A stretch of 64,000 nt of DNA from Bdellovibrionales bacterium (GTDB taxonomy: Bacteria > Bdellovibrionota > Bdellovibrionia > Bdellovibrionales > UBA1609). Position 1 is the stretch's first letter. Each line of letters opens with the position of its first letter. The notes under the pieces are model-generated. The model saw nothing but the letters and a program-made list of their open reading frames with translations. It was not told where the DNA came from and did not search any database. The position numbers and the translations under genes are program-made. Shown here piece after piece: positions 1 to 11,011 of this stretch. The stretch spans positions 1-64,000 of the forward strand of contig OZ244719.1 of the NCBI GenBank assembly GCA_965219095.1. Direction: 5' to 3'.

Positions 1-143
1 AGATCGTGCTTTCTATAAAGATATTCAAATAACAAAAAAACTTCTTGAATCCAAAGAAGTACCTGATTTTTTTGAAGAACTTGAAAGTTAACATTATGAT
101 GAAAGTGAGTAGTTTTTAAAAAATTAAAAAACAGTAAGAAAGG

Positions 144-1796
144 GTGAACATGTCAAAAATTTACAAAGCTCCGACAGGTCGCAAGCGAGTGTGCAAATCT
201 TGGATTCAAGAAGCTTGTTTTAGAATGATTCAAAATAACTTAGACCCTCAAGTAGCAGAGGATCCCGAAAGGCTTATTGTGTATGGCGGTCGAGGCAAAG
301 CAGCCCGCAATCATGTATGCTTAGAAAAGATATTGGAAACTCTCAAAAAACTAGAAGATGATGAAACCTTGCTCGTGCAATCAGGAAAACCTATAGGGGT
401 CTTTCAAACCTTTAAAAACTCTCCGAGAATTTTAATTGCAAACTCTAACCTTGTACCTCATTGGGCTCATTGGGAACATTTTGAAGAGTTAGATAAAAAA
501 GGTTTGATGATGTATGGACAAATGACAGCAGGTTCTTGGATTTATATTGGTTCTCAAGGAATCATTCAAGGAACTTATGAGACCTTTCGTTCTTTAGCAA
601 GAAAACATTTCTCATCCGATCTTTCAGGGAAAGTGATCCTAACAGCAGGTCTAGGGGGTATGGGAGGAGCTCAGCCTTTGGCAGGAGTTTTTGCAGGAGC
701 TTGTGTTTTAGCTATTGAAGTCGATTATGAACGAATCCAAAAACGATTGGAAACAGGTTTTGTGGATGAAATGACAAACTGTGTGGATAAAGCAATTAAG
801 ACCGTAAGAAGATGGTCTGAAAAAAAAGAAGCTAAATCTTTAGCACTTCAAGGGAATATGTCGGAAGTTATTCATAAACTTTTGAAAAAGAATTTTCATG
901 CTCATATTGTCACAGATCAAACCTCAGCACATGATCCTTTAGCAGGTTACATTCCTAAAGGTTATTGTGTAAAAGAAGCTGAGAGTTTAAGGAAACAAAA
1001 CCCTAAAAAATATGTTAATTTAGCTTTAAAGAGCATTGTCTCTCATGTAGAAGGAATGCTTGAGTTCCAGAAAAAAGGTTCTGTTGTGTTTGATTATGGA
1101 AATAATATCAGAAAACAAGCATTCCAATCAGGGTTGAAGGAGGCTTTTGAGTTTCCTGGTTTTGTAAAAGAGTACATTCGTCCTTTGTTTTGTAAAGGTA
1201 GTGGCCCTTTTAGATGGATTTGTTTGTCAGGAGATCCAGAAGATATTTATAAAACCGATGAAGCTTTAAAGGAATTATTTGTTGAGAAAAAAGATCTTCA
1301 TAACTGGCTAGAGAAAGCAAAGAAAAGAATTTCTTTTCAAGGCTTACCGTCTCGCATTTGTTGGTTGGCGTATGGTGAAAGACACTTAGCTGGTTTAAAG
1401 TTTAATGACATGGTCAAACAAGGTGTCTTAAAAGCTCCCCTTGTTATAGGAAGAGATCATTTAGATTGTGGTTCTGTGGCTTCCCCTTATAGAGAAACAG
1501 AAGGTATGAAGGACGGCTCTGATGCTGTAGCAGATTGGCCTGTTTTAAATGCTCTTTTAAACACAGCTTCAGGTGCAAGTTGGGTGAGTTTTCATCATGG
1601 AGGCGGTGTGGGTTTAGGTTATAGCCTCCATGCAGGTCAGGTCATTGTAGCTGATGGAACCCGTGAAGCTTGCGAAAGACTAAAGAGAGTCTTAACAGCT
1701 GATCCTGGTTTAGGTGTTATAAGACATGGAGATGCAGGCTATAAAGAAGCTATTGAGACAGCAAAAAAGAAAAATATAAGATCTTTATGGTTTTAA
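144..1796 (+). CDS. hutU: Urocanate hydratase
   Basis: 550 aa; motifs [53 protein letters not shown]. Confidence 0.97.
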   Translation: MNMSKIYKAPTGRKRVCKSWIQEACFRMIQNNLDPQVAEDPERLIVYGGRGKAARNHVCLEKILETLKKLEDDETLLVQSGKPIGVFQTFKNSPRILIANSNLVPHWAHWEHFEELDKKGLMMYGQMTAGSWIYIGSQGIIQGTYETFRSLARKHFSSDLSGKVILTAGLGGMGGAQPLAGVFAGACVLAIEVDYERIQKRLETGFVDEMTNCVDKAIKTVRRWSEKKEAKSLALQGNMSEVIHKLLKKNFHAHIVTDQTSAHDPLAGYIPKGYCVKEAESLRKQNPKKYVNLALKSIVSHVEGMLEFQKKGSVVFDYGNNIRKQAFQSGLKEAFEFPGFVKEYIRPLFCKGSGPFRWICLSGDPEDIYKTDEALKELFVEKKDLHNWLEKAKKRISFQGLPSRICWLAYGERHLAGLKFNDMVKQGVLKAPLVIGRDHLDCGSVASPYRETEGMKDGSDAVADWPVLNALLNTASGASWVSFHHGGGVGLGYSLHAGQVIVADGTREACERLKRVLTADPGLGVIRHGDAGYKEAIETAKKKNIRSLWF

Positions 1797-1797
1797 C

Positions 1798-2120
1798 GTA
1801 AGTCGGTTTCTTAACAGCCCTTGACTTCTACTGGAGGAGGATATTTCTTAGATTTTAAAGGATAAGCTTTTATTGATCTTGTTGTAAAACAAGCCTGTAA
1901 AACATTTCCCTAAGGCTTTCCCTGTTACAAAAATGTAGAGAAGTTCTTCTAGAATAATTCTTAGTTTTTTTCCGTATTTTGATTTGCTTTGTGTTTTATT
2001 CTCTTAAGAACGAAGCTCACTTGTATACTCAAAAGGCGTTTTAATAGGTATCTTATCGAGGGAGTTTCCCACAGCCATTAAAATATAGTCCTTAGGATCT
2101 AATTTGTAATAGTTGTGACT
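1798..2120 (-). mobile_element. IS66-like right-end remnant (dispersed repeat)
   Basis: Begins GTAAGTCGGTTTCTTAAC (GTAA-type end). About 240 bp recur inverted at 12153-12392; shorter copies at ~10020-10067, ~15037-15115 and ~54222-54285. Confidence 0.6.
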
Positions 2121-2132
2121 GGATCTGACAGC

Positions 2133-2507
2133 TTATGGTTTAAAATAAAAAGAGTCTTTGTGGGGTGAGTTTTTTCTCCATAAAAAGTGGATATTGGGGC
2201 CTGCGTCCATGGTGACAAGAGGCCCATCTTTTAATTGATTCCATCTTTTTTTAATCTCTTTTAAAATGGCCCTAGTTTTTGAAGTTTTATAGAAAAAAGC
2301 AGGGTAGCTGGTCTCAAAAAGCTGATGCATGTCTTCAAATTCATCCCAGCAAATATGAAAAGCCTCTTGCCAGAGGTGTTTTTTTAAACACTCTATGAGC
2401 TTTTGAATTCTTTTTTGAGTGCTGTCAATTCTTTGTGGATAGAAAGGGCTTGTCAAAACTCTTCTGTGAGCTTGAGAAGATGAAATGTGCTTTTTTTGAG
2501 AATCCAC
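2133..2507 (-). pseudogene. mvaD: Diphosphomevalonate decarboxylase C-terminal fragment
   Basis: KHISSSQAH, EFEDMHQLF and TMDAGPNIH motifs; N-terminal part missing, replaced by IS sequence. Confidence 0.75.
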
Positions 2508-2831
2508 TAAGATAAGACTGTGTTCTAATTATGGTTTATAAACTCAAACAAGCAGGACTTAATTTAAGCTTTGAAAGAATGAGAAAGATCTTAAAAAGAG
2601 ATCAGTACAGTATTTTAGAAGAAAAAAAGACGAAAAAACTTTATCGTCTTCCATCAGGTTGTACAAAGGAAGTAGAAGAAATTTACAGTGCTTTTTCGCT
2701 TAAAAGAAACTCTTCTATGAGACTCATTCCCACAACATCTATCGACCTTTAAAAAACCCTTTCCTGTGGCCCCAAAAATTGTAACTATTTGAAATTATTC
2801 ATTTGTTGCAGTGTATTGTGTCGAAGTCAGG
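2508..2831 (+). mobile_element. IS1634-like transposase C-terminal fragment and end
   Basis: ORF 2531-2752 resembles an IS1634 C-terminus; ends GTCGAAGTCAGG, which is also seen at ~9644-9655. Confidence 0.55.
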
Positions 2832-3058
2832 ATCAAGCTTGGCCTCGTCTTTTAAAAGAAGAAGTATTTTTAAACACTATGCCCGTAAAATATAACAAAG
2901 GACAGCTTTTTGTGTACCTACCACATGCTAGTCAACTTCAGGATGTGATTTTTTTAAGAAACCATGCAAAGAGAGTTAATCGTTTCTTTGATGAATCTTG
3001 GGTTTTAGAAGTAAGGCTTACTTTAGATAAAAATTCTATTCCTAGCCGTAATTATTGA
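2832..3058 (+). pseudogene. DUF721/DciA-like fragment, 5'-truncated by IS end
   Basis: WPRLLKEEVFLNTMPVKYNKGQLFVYLPHASQLQDV resembles the DUF721 pattern. Confidence 0.5.
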
Positions 3059-3249
3059 CAAAAATATATAAAACAACTTAGATGAATCTATGCTATCTTC
3101 CTGCTATTCCTCAATGAAAAAAGATCCCATTGTAAAATCATCTCTAGGTTATTTTATATAGTGCTTCCGTTTAGGTTTTCAGTCTCTTCTCCTAGAGGGA
3201 ATAGATGGAAAATCTAAGTGTTGTCACTATATATTGTGCTAAATTATTC

Positions 3250-4770
3250 GCCTCCTCAAAAGAATCTGTGGGTTCCCGGAGGTTCTGGCAGTTTTCCAAG
3301 GTTATGATATAAGGCGATTTTTATAGCTTTAGAGGTTCTAAAGCCGTAAGATTTTCTCATAGTGAGTTTTACTTTGTTGTTTAAACCCTCTACAATCCCT
3401 GAGGAGAAGGTTTTTTTAGCCTTGAAGTAATTAAGAATAAGTAGCTTATGTCTTCGTATGGTTTTTGCTTCTCTTTTCATAGGTTCAATTTTTGAAAGCA
3501 TGACTCGTCTCGTCCAACTGTCTATAAATTTACCAGACCAAGTTGGTGAAACATAGGTCCATAACTGTCGGAAGTCTTCTTTTAAAAAATAACAGCGGAT
3601 ACTTTTTAAATTGTACTGTATTAAATGCCTTAATTTTACTTTTTCATAAGATTTTAAATTTTCTGCATTTTTTAACAAGGGCCATCTAGCTTTTGTTAAA
3701 AGGGGTTCATACCCGTCTTCTTTCATTTTTTTGTGTTCTGAAGCTCTCACTTCGTCTAAAGCCTTATTGAGTCTTGCTACGATATGAAACCGATCTAATA
3801 TGTGTAAAGCTCCACTTGCCCTCTCCTTTATGACTTTTAAATAAGGCTTCCACATATCAGAACACACAAACCGTATATCTTTTGACTTCTCTCCTAGTAA
3901 ATCAAAAAACTTGTTGAAACTCTCCTCTGTTCTTTTTTCTCCTATCCATAGCAAACGAACACTTTCTTTGCTTATTTCATAGACTAAGGTGAGATACTGA
4001 TGGTTCTTTTTCCATTGTATTTCATCTACACCTATAGCTTGTATTCCCTTTAAAACCCTTTGTTTTAAACCATATTCTACGACCCATTCTACCGAAGCAT
4101 AGACCTGATTCCAACTGACATGAAACTTACAAGAAACCTCTTTCCAAGACAGGTGACGACACCAGTCAGCTAAGTACTTCATGTAAAAAATTGTTAGGTT
4201 TTTCTTCCCATCGGCCCAAGGTAAATACTCAACTTTTACTCCACAGCAAGAACAATTAACTCTTCTTACAAAATAAACAAAAAACACCCTGTAACTTAAA
4301 ATAGGAAGGGATTCAAAGTCCCGTGATGATTTACTGCTGTCATACACTGAACAGGGCTTCTTACAAACACTACAAAAAGCTTGGCCATTTTTACGAGCCT
4401 TAATAGGAACATTAATTGACTTTCTATCTTTTGAAAAATAAATGTCTCCGTATACAAAAGACTTCCATCTTAAACAATCATTTAGTATAGTCTTCAAAAG
4501 CATCTCTTCCCTCCTTTTTTTTTTTTTGAATAACATTTTAAGGCATCTGGGAAGTAGGTGCTTCTTTTTTAAAATTTTAATGTAACACAGCAAATAAAAG
4601 CAAATAAAATGAATGTTTTTGAGTTCAATCACCGGAGGTGATAGAGGCCAGTAAGGGCCTCAAAGAACTCAAAAATACAAGATAGGATGTCTTAACTCTT
4701 GCTTTGATTAATATGAGCCTTTTTGGGGGATTTCTAGCTACTTTTCACCCACAGATTCCCGGGAGGAGCC
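3250..4770 (-). mobile_element. ISL3-family IS, copy 1 (intact); transposase 3256-4503
   Basis: Zn-finger CxxC pairs, IGVDE, VCSDMW, LDRFH, EGLNNKVK; imperfect terminal IRs; 8-bp TSD AATTATTC at 3242-3249 and 4771-4778. Confidence 0.95.
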
Positions 4771-4896
4771 AATTATTCTATATGCTAAACTCTTAAACAA
4801 GTGACAAAGGTTTTGAATAGATAGAAAACAGAACCTAAAAACAAAATAATCATGAGAAAGGTTTAAAAAATTAAACATTTAAGTAGGAGGTAAATA

Positions 4897-5173
4897 ATAA
4901 AAACAAAAATTTTTTTCCATTTAGCGAGCTTAAGTCTAGTCTTTGCTTTTTCCAGCTTTTTTGTCTTTCAGAAAAAGTCAACACAATGCCATGCTTTAGG
5001 GTGTTCTTATGATATATGATAAAAGATGCTTTCAAGAAAAGAAAGTTTATGGGTTTGCCCTCAGACCTTTAAGTAAAGAATTAGGTGGCTCGGTTAATTC
5101 CTCTCCTGCTATAATGGGTGATGGAAAAATTGCCATAGGTTCTCGGGATAAAAAGGTTTATGTTTTAGAGCTT
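4897..5173 (+). pseudogene. Decayed paralog of the beta-propeller gene at 52370-53602
   Basis: Clear DNA similarity to the 5' end of that gene; start ATG>ATA behind AGGAGG, frameshift near 5010, truncated after the first blade by an IS66 end. Confidence 0.85.
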
Positions 5174-5328
5174 CTGGGTAGCGTATAAACTTCTTGTTGG
5201 AATTCTTCTCTCGACAAAGCTGTATCTTCTTTTTTAAATTAATTCCCTCTTCCATAAAATCCTCCTTCTTAAGAAAAACTTATAAGAGAAATTTAAACTT
5301 GGATAGGGCGGTCAGATAACCGAGTTAC
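5171..5328 (-). mobile_element. IS66 left-end remnant
   Basis: Near-identical to 59461-59618, including the terminus GTAACTCGGTTATCTGACCGCCC (minus strand). Confidence 0.85.
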
Positions 5329-5606
5329 GACATACATAGCAAAGTCGTTGAAAAAAGATTAAGGGGCAAAGCTCTTTCGTGTCATCTTAATGTGTTAATC
5401 AGCATGCGGATATGAGGTTGATAGTACAGAAGACTCATTTTTGAAAAACTTTTTTGTCAATGACTTACTTTTCTTGCTTGACTGACTGGTCATCCATATG
5501 AGTATGTCAAAGAGATGAAAAAGGGTGAAGTCGGGAAAATATTACACAAAAGAGCAAAAGTAAAAGTAAGGGTTTAGTGGAGATAGCCTACACTAAACCC
5601 AACTTG

Positions 5607-6584
5607 TTATTGTACATTCAAACTTGGTTCAAGGGCTTCAGATGTATGTTTTTCCACTGGTTGACCACTTGGAGAAAGTTCTATTTCTTGGCCATGGTAG
5701 CCTGTTGCAAGTTTTATTCTGCCATTTTGGTAAATTTCAATAGAGGCTTTATTAGACAAGGGGACGCCGCTTTGTATTCCTTTCAAAGGAAATCCAAACA
5801 ATTGTTCTCCTTCTTTTGCATAAAGAGCTGTTGTGAAACCTTTATCATTGAAAATTACAGCCTGAGCTAAAACCGTCAAGCCATTCCGAATATTATCATT
5901 CACCAGAGTTATCGGACGAAAGCGATGACCGCTGAAAGCCAACAACTGTTTTCTTTTAGTAGTGGGTTGAAAATAAATATAATCATCGGATAAAAGCTGG
6001 ACTCCATTGATTTCATAATCTTCAGCAATACGCCCATAAAGTACATACCAATTTGATATATCATTTACATTACAATTATTACGATGAGTTCTACAGAAAA
6101 CTGCAATGCTCGAGTTTTCTTTCAACATAATCCCTTCCACTGCTGTACGTTCTTTAAGTGCGCCCCTTACTTTAATAGACCTGCCCATATCAGATTTTAA
6201 TGCTGTTTTGTACACTTCATCTCTCCTATCGTTTAATGGACGACTACCGAAGGCGGAAATGCCAGGTTCTCCAAGTGAAACTGTTATACGATATTTGAAA
6301 TTCAAATGGCCAAATTGAAAACCATTATCAGAATACATCACTGCACTAAGAAGCTTCCCAAAGTCATTTGCTTGATTTGAGATGCGCAATGTGACTTGAG
6401 TTCCAGCCGTCAGGGGTAATCCAAAATAAGTGGAATTTTCAGCTAGGGTAAAATTTATTTCGTTATATGGATTGGATTTTGCGAGAACATATTGAGAAAA
6501 ACCCAAAAAACATATTAAAAATAATAATTTTCCTAATACCTTATTTGTGAGTACCATTTTATTGATTGTTTGTAATTTTTTCAT
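5607..6584 (-). CDS. Hypothetical exported protein
   Basis: 325 aa ORF, AGGAGG RBS, N-terminal hydrophobic signal ending VLA; no recognised domain. Confidence 0.75.
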   Translation of the reverse strand: MKKLQTINKMVLTNKVLGKLLFLICFLGFSQYVLAKSNPYNEINFTLAENSTYFGLPLTAGTQVTLRISNQANDFGKLLSAVMYSDNGFQFGHLNFKYRITVSLGEPGISAFGSRPLNDRRDEVYKTALKSDMGRSIKVRGALKERTAVEGIMLKENSSIAVFCRTHRNNCNVNDISNWYVLYGRIAEDYEINGVQLLSDDYIYFQPTTKRKQLLAFSGHRFRPITLVNDNIRNGLTVLAQAVIFNDKGFTTALYAKEGEQLFGFPLKGIQSGVPLSNKASIEIYQNGRIKLATGYHGQEIELSPSGQPVEKHTSEALEPSLNVQ

Positions 6585-6709
6585 TTTTTACCTCCTATTT
6601 GTTATTTTGTTTATATTTGTTTACTTTGTTTATTTTATTTTCCTCCTACTTTGCTTGATACTCTTACTTGAAAAAACTATTCTTATCTATTAAAAATCCT
6701 CCTTTCACT

Positions 6710-6994
6710 TTAAAAAAACGACATTAGGTCTTTTCTTATGTTTTTTACCTTTGCTTCCAAGAGTTCAAGCTCTCTAAAAATTTTATTCTGATCCGGTTTT
6801 TTCCCTGTAATAAGCTCAAATAGGCTAAGATTAAAGAGTGAAGCGATTTTTGGATACGACTCCTCTCCTTGAATCGCTCTCCCATACTCCCACTCTCGAT
6901 AGGTAGTTTCCGGAACTCCGAGTTTCTCAGCTGTACTTTTTACCGTCCAACCTTGACCTTGTCTTAAAGCTTTTAGTCTCTTATTAAAATTCAA
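6710..6994 (-). CDS. XRE-family helix-turn-helix regulator
   Basis: RLKALRQGQGWTVKSTAEKLGVPETTYREWEYG, Cro/CI-type HTH. Confidence 0.88.
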   Translation of the reverse strand: MNFNKRLKALRQGQGWTVKSTAEKLGVPETTYREWEYGRAIQGEESYPKIASLFNLSLFELITGKKPDQNKIFRELELLEAKVKNIRKDLMSFF

Positions 6995-7387
6995 GTTTTT
7001 TCTCCTCTAGAATCTTTCTAGCACACTCTGTTTGTTTTCTAAAATGATATAATTTCAATAAAATTGTACAATAAAATAGAATAATAAAATGAATTAACAT
7101 TTGTGATAGTTGTGACTTGAACCGAGGGGTTATTTTATATAACCTCTTGAAAACACTAAAAAGAGAATAAAAACAATAACTAACACTTCCTTGTTTCAGG
7201 CCAAATGCACACACTTTTTCACAGTTTTGGATAGTTAATCACGAACAAATCACGAACAAACTTCTCAAGAAAATGGTAGGGAGAATAACAACCGACCAAC
7301 ATAACTATGTTATGTTGTACTAGGTTTATAAAAAAACAACCTTCAAAAGGATACATGGCTGTTTGTCAAGGAAGTGATATTTAATCA

Positions 7388-7638
7388 CCTAAATTCGGGG
7401 CAAAAAATATCCACTACAAACATCCTAACATTTAAAATATCTTAAAACGGTCTTTCTTCTTCTAAGAAAAGACAAGATTTCTTGAAAAAGAAAGGGGTTT
7501 GCCATTGACTACTATCTGTAGTAGTGTATATATTATACATTATAGGAGGGGATATGAGCTTCATAAGAAAAATAAAAAAAGGCAATAAAACTTAGTAAAA
7601 TGACAACTGTAGTGTATATTTTTGACCCCGAATTTAGG
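7388..7638 (+). mobile_element. 251-bp internally deleted IS1634-type MITE
   Basis: TIRs CCTAAATTCGGGGCAAAAAATAT / ATATTTTTGACCCCGAATTTAGG; flanking duplication TTAATCA; retains MSFIRKIKKGNKT* similar to the start of the transposase at 57436-58974. Confidence 0.85.
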
Positions 7639-7697
7639 TTAATCAGTTACACAATTTAATTTACAGACTCATAATACAGTTTTCTGACTTTACTTTT

Positions 7698-9179
7698 TCA
7701 ATCCAGTCCTTTGAGAAATTCTACTACATCAAAATGTCCTTTTGCTTTCGCCAACATAAGTGCTGTCCTTCCCTTATTATCTTTAGCATTTACATTTGAA
7801 ACTTTAGAAAGAAACTCTACAATATCGAGATGTCCGTAACGTGCTGCGAACATAAATGCTGTCCATCCGTCATTATCTTTAGCATTTACAGCTAAACCTT
7901 TAACTTTAAAAAGAATCCTTACAATATCGAGATGTCCTACTCTTGCGGCCCACATAAATGCTGTCATTCCCTTATTATTTTTAGCATTTACAGCTAAACC
8001 TTTAACTTTAGAAAGAAGCTCTACAATATTGAGATGTCCGTAATATGTTGCATATATAAGTGCTGTCCATCCGTCATTATCTTTAGCATTTACATCTAAA
8101 CCTTTAACTTTAGAAAGAAGCTCTACAATATCGAAATATCCTTCTCTTGCTGCATGCATAAGTGCTGTCATTCCGTATTTATCTTTAGCATTTACAGCTA
8201 AACCTTTAACTTTAGAAAGAAGCTCTACAATATTGAGATGTCCGTAATATGTTGCATATATAAGTGCTGTCCATCCGTCATTATCTTTAGCATTTACATC
8301 TAAACCTTTAACTTTAGAAAGAAGCTCTACAATATCGAAATATCCTTCTCTTGCTGCATGCATAAGTGCTGTCATTCCGTATTTATCTTTAGCATTTACA
8401 GCTAAACCTTTAACTTTAGAAAGAAGCTCTACAATATTGAGATGTCCGTAATATGCTGCATGCATAAGTGCTGTCCATCCGTATTTATCTTTAGCATTTA
8501 CATCTAAACCTTTAACTTTAGAAAGAAGCTCTACAATATTGAGATGTCCGTAATATGCTGCATGCATAAGTGCTGTCCATCCGTATTTATCTTTAGCATT
8601 TACATCTAAACCTTTAACTTTAGAAAGAAGCTCTACAATATTGAGATGTCCGTAATATGTTGCATATATAAGTGCTGTCCATCCGTCATTATCTTTAGCA
8701 TTTATTACTGAAAATTCGAGAAGAAACTTTACAAGATTTGAATCTCCTTTCTTTACTGCATCTATAAGTTTACCTCCTTTTAAATTAGCACCATTCCTAT
8801 TAAGAGCTTTAGCAAAACTTAAATCCCCATTTTTTATTGCTTTCGTAAGTGCATTTTGTGCTGGTTCATTATTCGCATCAGCTTTGTGTGATAAAAGAAG
8901 TTCTGCCATTTTTTTGCGACCAGAATTAAGAGCATATGCCAACATAGTTTCATTTTCATAACCAATCTTATAATTCACAGGTATTTCAGCTTGACACTGT
9001 TCTAATATTTTTCTGAAAATATTAATTCTTCCTTTGGAAATAATTTTTCTTAACTCTTTTTTGAAGTATTTAGAGCAATCCACATCTTCAGAAAAAGCAG
9101 GAAAGCTTAAGCTTATTAAAGCTCCCATAGCAAATAAAGCTATTAAAGCTTTCCTTATATTATTGTTATTTGGTTTCAT
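7698..9179 (-). CDS. Ankyrin-repeat protein with signal peptide
   Basis: 493 aa; hydrophobic leader ending AFS; ten tandem ~34-aa ankyrin units plus degenerate N-terminal repeats; AGGAGG RBS. Confidence 0.95.
   Translation of the reverse strand: MKPNNNNIRKALIALFAMGALISLSFPAFSEDVDCSKYFKKELRKIISKGRINIFRKILEQCQAEIPVNYKIGYENETMLAYALNSGRKKMAELLLSHKADANNEPAQNALTKAIKNGDLSFAKALNRNGANLKGGKLIDAVKKGDSNLVKFLLEFSVINAKDNDGWTALIYATYYGHLNIVELLSKVKGLDVNAKDKYGWTALMHAAYYGHLNIVELLSKVKGLDVNAKDKYGWTALMHAAYYGHLNIVELLSKVKGLAVNAKDKYGMTALMHAAREGYFDIVELLSKVKGLDVNAKDNDGWTALIYATYYGHLNIVELLSKVKGLAVNAKDKYGMTALMHAAREGYFDIVELLSKVKGLDVNAKDNDGWTALIYATYYGHLNIVELLSKVKGLAVNAKNNKGMTAFMWAARVGHLDIVRILFKVKGLAVNAKDNDGWTAFMFAARYGHLDIVEFLSKVSNVNAKDNKGRTALMLAKAKGHFDVVEFLKGLD
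7701..8703 (-). repeat. Tandem 102-bp coding repeat (ankyrin units)
   Basis: Recurring CTTTAGCATTTACA-CTAAACCTTTAACTTTAGAAAG at 102-bp period, near-identical at DNA level. Confidence 0.95.
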
Positions 9180-9301
9180 AACATCCTCCTTTTATTTGTG
9201 AAAGATATTTATTTCGAATAGCTATCTTTCATTTTTTTGTTTTTAAGTCCTATTTTCTTATATTGTTAGGTAGGACTTCTAACTCTTCTAAAATTATATA
9301 T

Positions 9302-9317
9302 AGCAAAAACTATTCCA
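9302..9317 (-). promoter_or_regulatory. Sigma-54 -24/-12 promoter motif upstream of ankyrin gene
   Basis: TGGAATAGTTTTTGCT has exact GG-N10-GC spacing; conserved in the second copy at 53778-53793. Confidence 0.7.
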
Positions 9318-9373
9318 AGCTTAACTCCTTATTATTTAAAGCTGAGCCTCTAAGACTGTAAAAAAAATTCAAA

Positions 9374-9394
9374 AGGTGACAAAAATTGTCACCT
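9374..9394. promoter_or_regulatory. Palindromic activator-binding-like site
   Basis: AGGTGACAA-AAA-TTGTCACCT perfect inverted repeat ~60 bp upstream of the -24 element; second copy at 53849-53869 with one mismatch. Confidence 0.6.
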
Positions 9395-9654
9395 ACTCCT
9401 TTAAAACGTTATAGACTTCCAGTCTGGCCTTGTTTTCATAATCATTAAAATGAGTCTATCATAAAGAAGTTAAAAACACAAACTATTTTTTAAAACTATA
9501 AAAACTGTATAAATTTTTCATAGTGATGTAATTTTTACCTTTCAAAAAGGAGAAAAGAGAACTTCTTTTTAAGAATGGGTCCGACTTCAACGTTTTCCAC
9601 TACTCTGTAAAAGCCCATTTTTCGAGAGTCTTTTTCACATCTTGTCGAAGTCAG

Positions 9655-9795
9655 GAGCTCATATTAATCAAAGCAAGAGTAAGACATCCTGTCTTGTATT
9701 TTTGAGTTCTTTGAGGCCTTACTGGCCTCTATCACCTCCGGTGATTGAACTCAAAAACATTCATTTTATTTGCTGTATTACATTAAAATCTTAAA
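9655..9795 (+). mobile_element. ISL3 leader fragment
   Basis: Matches ~15383-15535 of ISL3 copy 2; additional isolated ISL3-like ends at ~9983-10010, ~13758-13785 and ~15130-15238. Confidence 0.8.
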
Positions 9796-10273
9796 GAAAG
9801 AGAAGAAAAGGTGCGGAATGAAAAAACAAGAATCCTGAGGGTTCCTAGAAAAACCTTTTTTAAATTGAAAGATTAATTAGGTAATATAAAGTAAAGATAT
9901 TGATCTGTTTTCTTTAAATTTCTCTAAAAACCAAGCTATTGTTTTCATATATGCACGTTTTTAAGAATCTGTTTGAAATAAAGGCTCCTCAAAAGAATCT
10001 GTGGGTAAAAGCACCCTAAGAAACATCCTCCTCGTAAGAGTCAAGGACTGTTAAGAAACCGACTTACTAACATAATTTCTCTCAATTTAGCCTCTAAAAT
10101 TCTTGACCGGACAAAATACTTGGTTTTTAGAATCATAACAACAAGAAGGATGATAAATAAAGCTAAAGATTTCAATAAGTTATGTCTCATCTCTTTTTTA
10201 CCTTTGAAAGTAGGGCTTATCTTGATATATTTAATTTGGTGTGTTATAATAGTACATTAGAGGATATTGAGTT

Positions 10274-10534
10274 ATGAAAATTTATATTTTAAGGTTCTTA
10301 GTTTTATTTTTACCTGTTTATTTTTTAGGTTTTCATATTCTCTATGCTAAAGATGATGTTGCTACGCAAGAAGAGGACAAATATTACTGTATATTTAGTG
10401 AATTAGAGAGGAGTTTAGATTGCGAGGTAGATGTTAAAAAAGTTCATAAAACACATTTGAATTCAAAGCTATTAATACTATCTGGAAAAGAATTGAGAGA
10501 ATTTCAAAAAAATTTAGAGGCAGAATCTTTTTAA
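10274..10534 (+). CDS. Small hypothetical exported protein (possibly truncated)
   Basis: 86 aa with signal-peptide-like N-terminus and GAGG upstream. Confidence 0.5.
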   Translation: MKIYILRFLVLFLPVYFLGFHILYAKDDVATQEEDKYYCIFSELERSLDCEVDVKKVHKTHLNSKLLILSGKELREFQKNLEAESF

Positions 10535-11011
10535 ATCTTTCTTTAGAGATCCTGTGAGAGGAGCCTGTAAACTTCTATGAAAAAGAAAAAACACTTCTCC
10601 ATTTACAAAAAATATAAATTTTTTTTTGCATCCTATCACCGAACTGTCTAGATCACCAAGACTGTCTTTCTGACATTAATTCTTTCTGGCACTAACTCTT
10701 TCTTTATTGATTGTCTATAAAATCTATTCCTATTATTCGTCTATTTTAACTCTCTCTGGGGTTTAAGAAAAATGTAATTTTCCAAAGCCTTGGATTATTA
10801 TAAATTTAAGCAATAGAGAATATGTTAACCGAAATCATAAGCCTTTTAATGGCTATTGATTTACTTGAACTATTTATCCTCGCCTCATAGAGCCTTCATA
10901 TATTATGAGTTTTAGTCTAAAAAAGACAAATGGATCTCTATGAGGTTTTTTTATTTACATTTTTCTTATAGTGCTTCTGTTTAGGTTTTCAGGTTTCTAA
11001 GTATGAATATC

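Noticed and set aside
4504..4632. 43-aa N-terminal extension of ISL3 copy 1 transposase
   Set aside because: Exists only because of the poly-A length; the RBS points to the ATG at 4503 as in the other copies.
5395..5424. ~30-bp inverted match to 62752-62782, read as a possible TnpB zinc-finger remnant
   Set aside because: Too short and reading frames are inconsistent; most likely debris of an unidentified repeat.
6668..6684. Third sigma-54 promoter (AGAATAGTTTTTTCAA) upstream of the 325-aa gene
   Set aside because: Both invariant GG and GC dinucleotides are altered and the rest of the cassette is absent.
7701..8703. CRISPR array or DGR target in the tandem repeats (also 52430-53425)
   Set aside because: Repeats are in-frame coding units without unique spacers; no cas genes, reverse transcriptase or template repeat seen.
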